Assembly: GCA_963703345.1 (NCBI GenBank)
Contig: OY969814.1
Span: 1,472,001 to 1,536,000 of the forward strand
DNA length: 64,000 bases
Source of the DNA: an uncultured Chloroflexia bacterium
Lineage (GTDB): Bacteria; Chloroflexota; Dehalococcoidia; DSTF01; JALHUB01
Direction of reading: 5' to 3'
Position numbers and translations under genes: made by a program. Below the pieces are notes generated by a model that searched no databases, was not told the DNA's origin, and saw nothing but the letters and a program-made list of their open reading frames with translations. This document shows, piece after piece, positions 61,813 through 64,000 of this stretch (position 1 is the stretch's first letter; each line of letters opens with the position of its first letter).

Positions 61813-64000
61813 ATGCCCACCTACGTCGCCCTCGACCTGGAGACCACCGGCCTCAGCGCCGACACCTGCGAGATCATCGAAATCGGCGCGGTCAAGTTCA
61901 CGCCTGAGCGCGAGATCGCCACCTTCCACACGTCGGTCAAGCCGGTCAGCGCCTTGCCCTATTTCATCCAGCGTCTCACCGGCATCCGGCCCGAAGACCT
62001 CAAAGACGCACCGCTCTTCGCCGAGGTCGCCTCCGACCTGGAGGACTTCCTCGCCGACCATCCCGTAGTCGGCCAGAACGTTTCCTTCGACCTGGGCTTT
62101 CTCGCGGCGCAGGGCATCGAGCGCGGGCTGTCGTTCGACACGCACGAGCTGGCCACGCTTCTCCTGCCGGGTCTCCCCGAGTACAACCTCCGCTCCCTGG
62201 CGCGTCACTTCGGCGTCGACTTCAACGTCCGCCATCGCGCTCTCGCCGACGCCCAGGCCGCGCGTGAGGTGTTCCTGCGCCTGCGCGAGCACCTGTCGGA
62301 GCTGCCCGTGGGCACTCTCGCCGAGCTGCACAACATCGCCGCCGGCGTCGACTGGCCCGTGCGGCACCTCTTCGCCGAGCTGCTGGAAGAGGCGCCGCTG
62401 CTCTCCGAGCCGTCCGCGCCGGCGGAAGCCCTGCCCCTGCCGGTCGAGGTCGGGGCGCCGCTCGTCGCCCGCTCGCCGCTCCAGCCGATAGCCGCCGACG
62501 AGGTGGAGGCGATTCTCCGCGCGCCGGAGGCAACTCCGAAGCTCTTCCCCGAGTTCGAGCTGCGGGCCGAGCAGCTTGCCATGGGGCGCGAGGTAACGGA
62601 GGCGCTGAACTCCGGCCAACCGCTGATAGTCGAAGCGGGCACCGGCACCGGCAAATCGCTCGCCTATCTGGCGCCGGCGGCCCGCTACGCGCTGGAGAAC
62701 GACGCCCGCGTCATCGTCTCCACGGACACCATCAACCTTCAAGAGCAGCTCATGGGAAAGGACATCCCGCTGCTGCGCCAACTCCTCCAGGCATCGCCGA
62801 ATGCGAAGGCTGCTGCTGCCAGGTTACGATTCGCGCAGCTCAAAGGCCGTCGCAACTACCTCTGCATGCTGCGCTTCGCCGCTCTCCGACGCTCCTCCTC
62901 GCTCAGTCAGCCGGAAGCGCGACTGCTCGCCCGCATCCTCGTCTGGCTGCGACGCACCGAGACCGGCGACCGCGCGGAGCTGAGCCTTTCGCCGCAGGAG
63001 GAGACCGTCTGGCAAGGCCTCAGCGCCGACAGCGAGTCCTGCGTCTCATTCGCCTGCCATTACGCCCGCCACGGCGCCTGCTTCCTCCAGCGGGCGAGGC
63101 GTCGCGCCGAAGGCTCCCATATCGTCGTGGTGAATCACGCTCTGCTTCTGTCCGACATCGCGACCGGTGGCCACGTGCTGCCCGAGTACCGTCACCTCAT
63201 CATCGACGAGGCGCATAACCTGGAGGGCGAGGCGACGCAGCAGTTCGGCTTTCAGGGCAGTGACGGCGACGTCCGTGCCCTCCTAGACCGCGTTCACCAT
63301 CGCTTGCCTCGTGGTCGCGCCGGCGGCCTCGTCGAGAGCCTGCGGGCGCAGCAACGCGCCGGCCGGCCCGACACTGCAACTGACCTGGAGGCCTTCGCTG
63401 GCGAGCTCGCCTCAGCCGCGGAAGGCGCTCGCCGCGCCCTGCCGGTCCTCTTCGACCTGCTGTCGTCGTTCCTCTTCGACCACGCCGCCGAGCAGGGAGA
63501 CTTCGACCCGCGTCTCCTCCTCAGCCGCGCCATGCGGGTTCAGCCCGACTGGTCGAACGTCGAAGTGGGGTGGGAGAACCTGGACGTATCTCTGGGCGGG
63601 CTCACCGGCCTCCTGGCGCGCCTGAACGAGAGCGTCGCCGCGGACGGCTCCGGCGAGGCGGAGGAGCTGCTCACGGAGATCTCCGGTGTCGGTCAGGAAG
63701 CCCAGCGTCTGCGCTTCGGCATCGCCTCCGTGCTGACGCGTGACGACCCGGAGACGATCGCCTGGTTGGCCTACGCGCGCCAGAGCGGCAGCGTCACGCT
63801 CTGCGCCGCGCCGTTGCAGGTCGCCGAGGCCTTGCGCGCGCGCCTCTTCGCCGATAGGGAGTCGGCGGTGCTCACCGGGGCCACGCTCAGCGTCGCCGGC
63901 CGCTTCGATTACATCTGCGATGCGCTGGGACTGGAAGAGCCGCGCCAGCTCCTCCTCGGCTCGCCCTTCGACTACGCTCGCTCGACGCTCATGCTCATCC
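61813..64000 (+). CDS. dinG: DnaQ exonuclease-DinG helicase fusion (partial at window edge)
   Basis: ALDLETTG and HRALADA; EAGTGTGKS; KGR.NYLC; DEAH; open to the end of the window. Confidence 0.92.
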   Translation, partial: MPTYVALDLETTGLSADTCEIIEIGAVKFTPEREIATFHTSVKPVSALPYFIQRLTGIRPEDLKDAPLFAEVASDLEDFLADHPVVGQNVSFDLGFLAAQGIERGLSFDTHELATLLLPGLPEYNLRSLARHFGVDFNVRHRALADAQAAREVFLRLREHLSELPVGTLAELHNIAAGVDWPVRHLFAELLEEAPLLSEPSAPAEALPLPVEVGAPLVARSPLQPIAADEVEAILRAPEATPKLFPEFELRAEQLAMGREVTEALNSGQPLIVEAGTGTGKSLAYLAPAARYALENDARVIVSTDTINLQEQLMGKDIPLLRQLLQASPNAKAAAARLRFAQLKGRRNYLCMLRFAALRRSSSLSQPEARLLARILVWLRRTETGDRAELSLSPQEETVWQGLSADSESCVSFACHYARHGACFLQRARRRAEGSHIVVVNHALLLSDIATGGHVLPEYRHLIIDEAHNLEGEATQQFGFQGSDGDVRALLDRVHHRLPRGRAGGLVESLRAQQRAGRPDTATDLEAFAGELASAAEGARRALPVLFDLLSSFLFDHAAEQGDFDPRLLLSRAMRVQPDWSNVEVGWENLDVSLGGLTGLLARLNESVAADGSGEAEELLTEISGVGQEAQRLRFGIASVLTRDDPETIAWLAYARQSGSVTLCAAPLQVAEALRARLFADRESAVLTGATLSVAGRFDYICDALGLEEPRQLLLGSPFDYARSTLMLI

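Overview
A high-GC bacterial chromosomal window, most likely Chloroflexota (Dehalococcoidia-like). That call is inferred from the archaeal-type archaellin, NrpR, the large Alu-containing SRP RNA and a Chloroflexi-style surface lipoprotein. Most of it is core or metabolic DNA: the typA 3' end, treT-pfkA, acyl-CoA metabolism genes, the suf operon, hypAFCDE, infC-rpmI-rplT, pheST, tRNA-Lys/Leu, oppDF, lepA, galU, SRP RNA, and yabE-rsmA-ispE through a partial dnaQ-dinG. No CRISPR array, integrase or transposase was seen. Most notable: (1) an orphan archaellin with a structured leader, plus sigma-28-like promoter motifs in front of it and four other genes; (2) a Cys-rich PadR-arsM operon with a tandem palindromic operator, a candidate non-ArsR arsenic switch; (3) an inserted HNH nuclease with a two-repeat beta tail, coupled to a double zinc-ribbon protein; (4) an orphan tRNA-Gly 3' half (att-like scar); (5) hidden small ORFs and gene relics; (6) an AbfD-like enzyme lacking one canonical catalytic Glu. 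All calls come from motif recognition by eye, and no searches were run.
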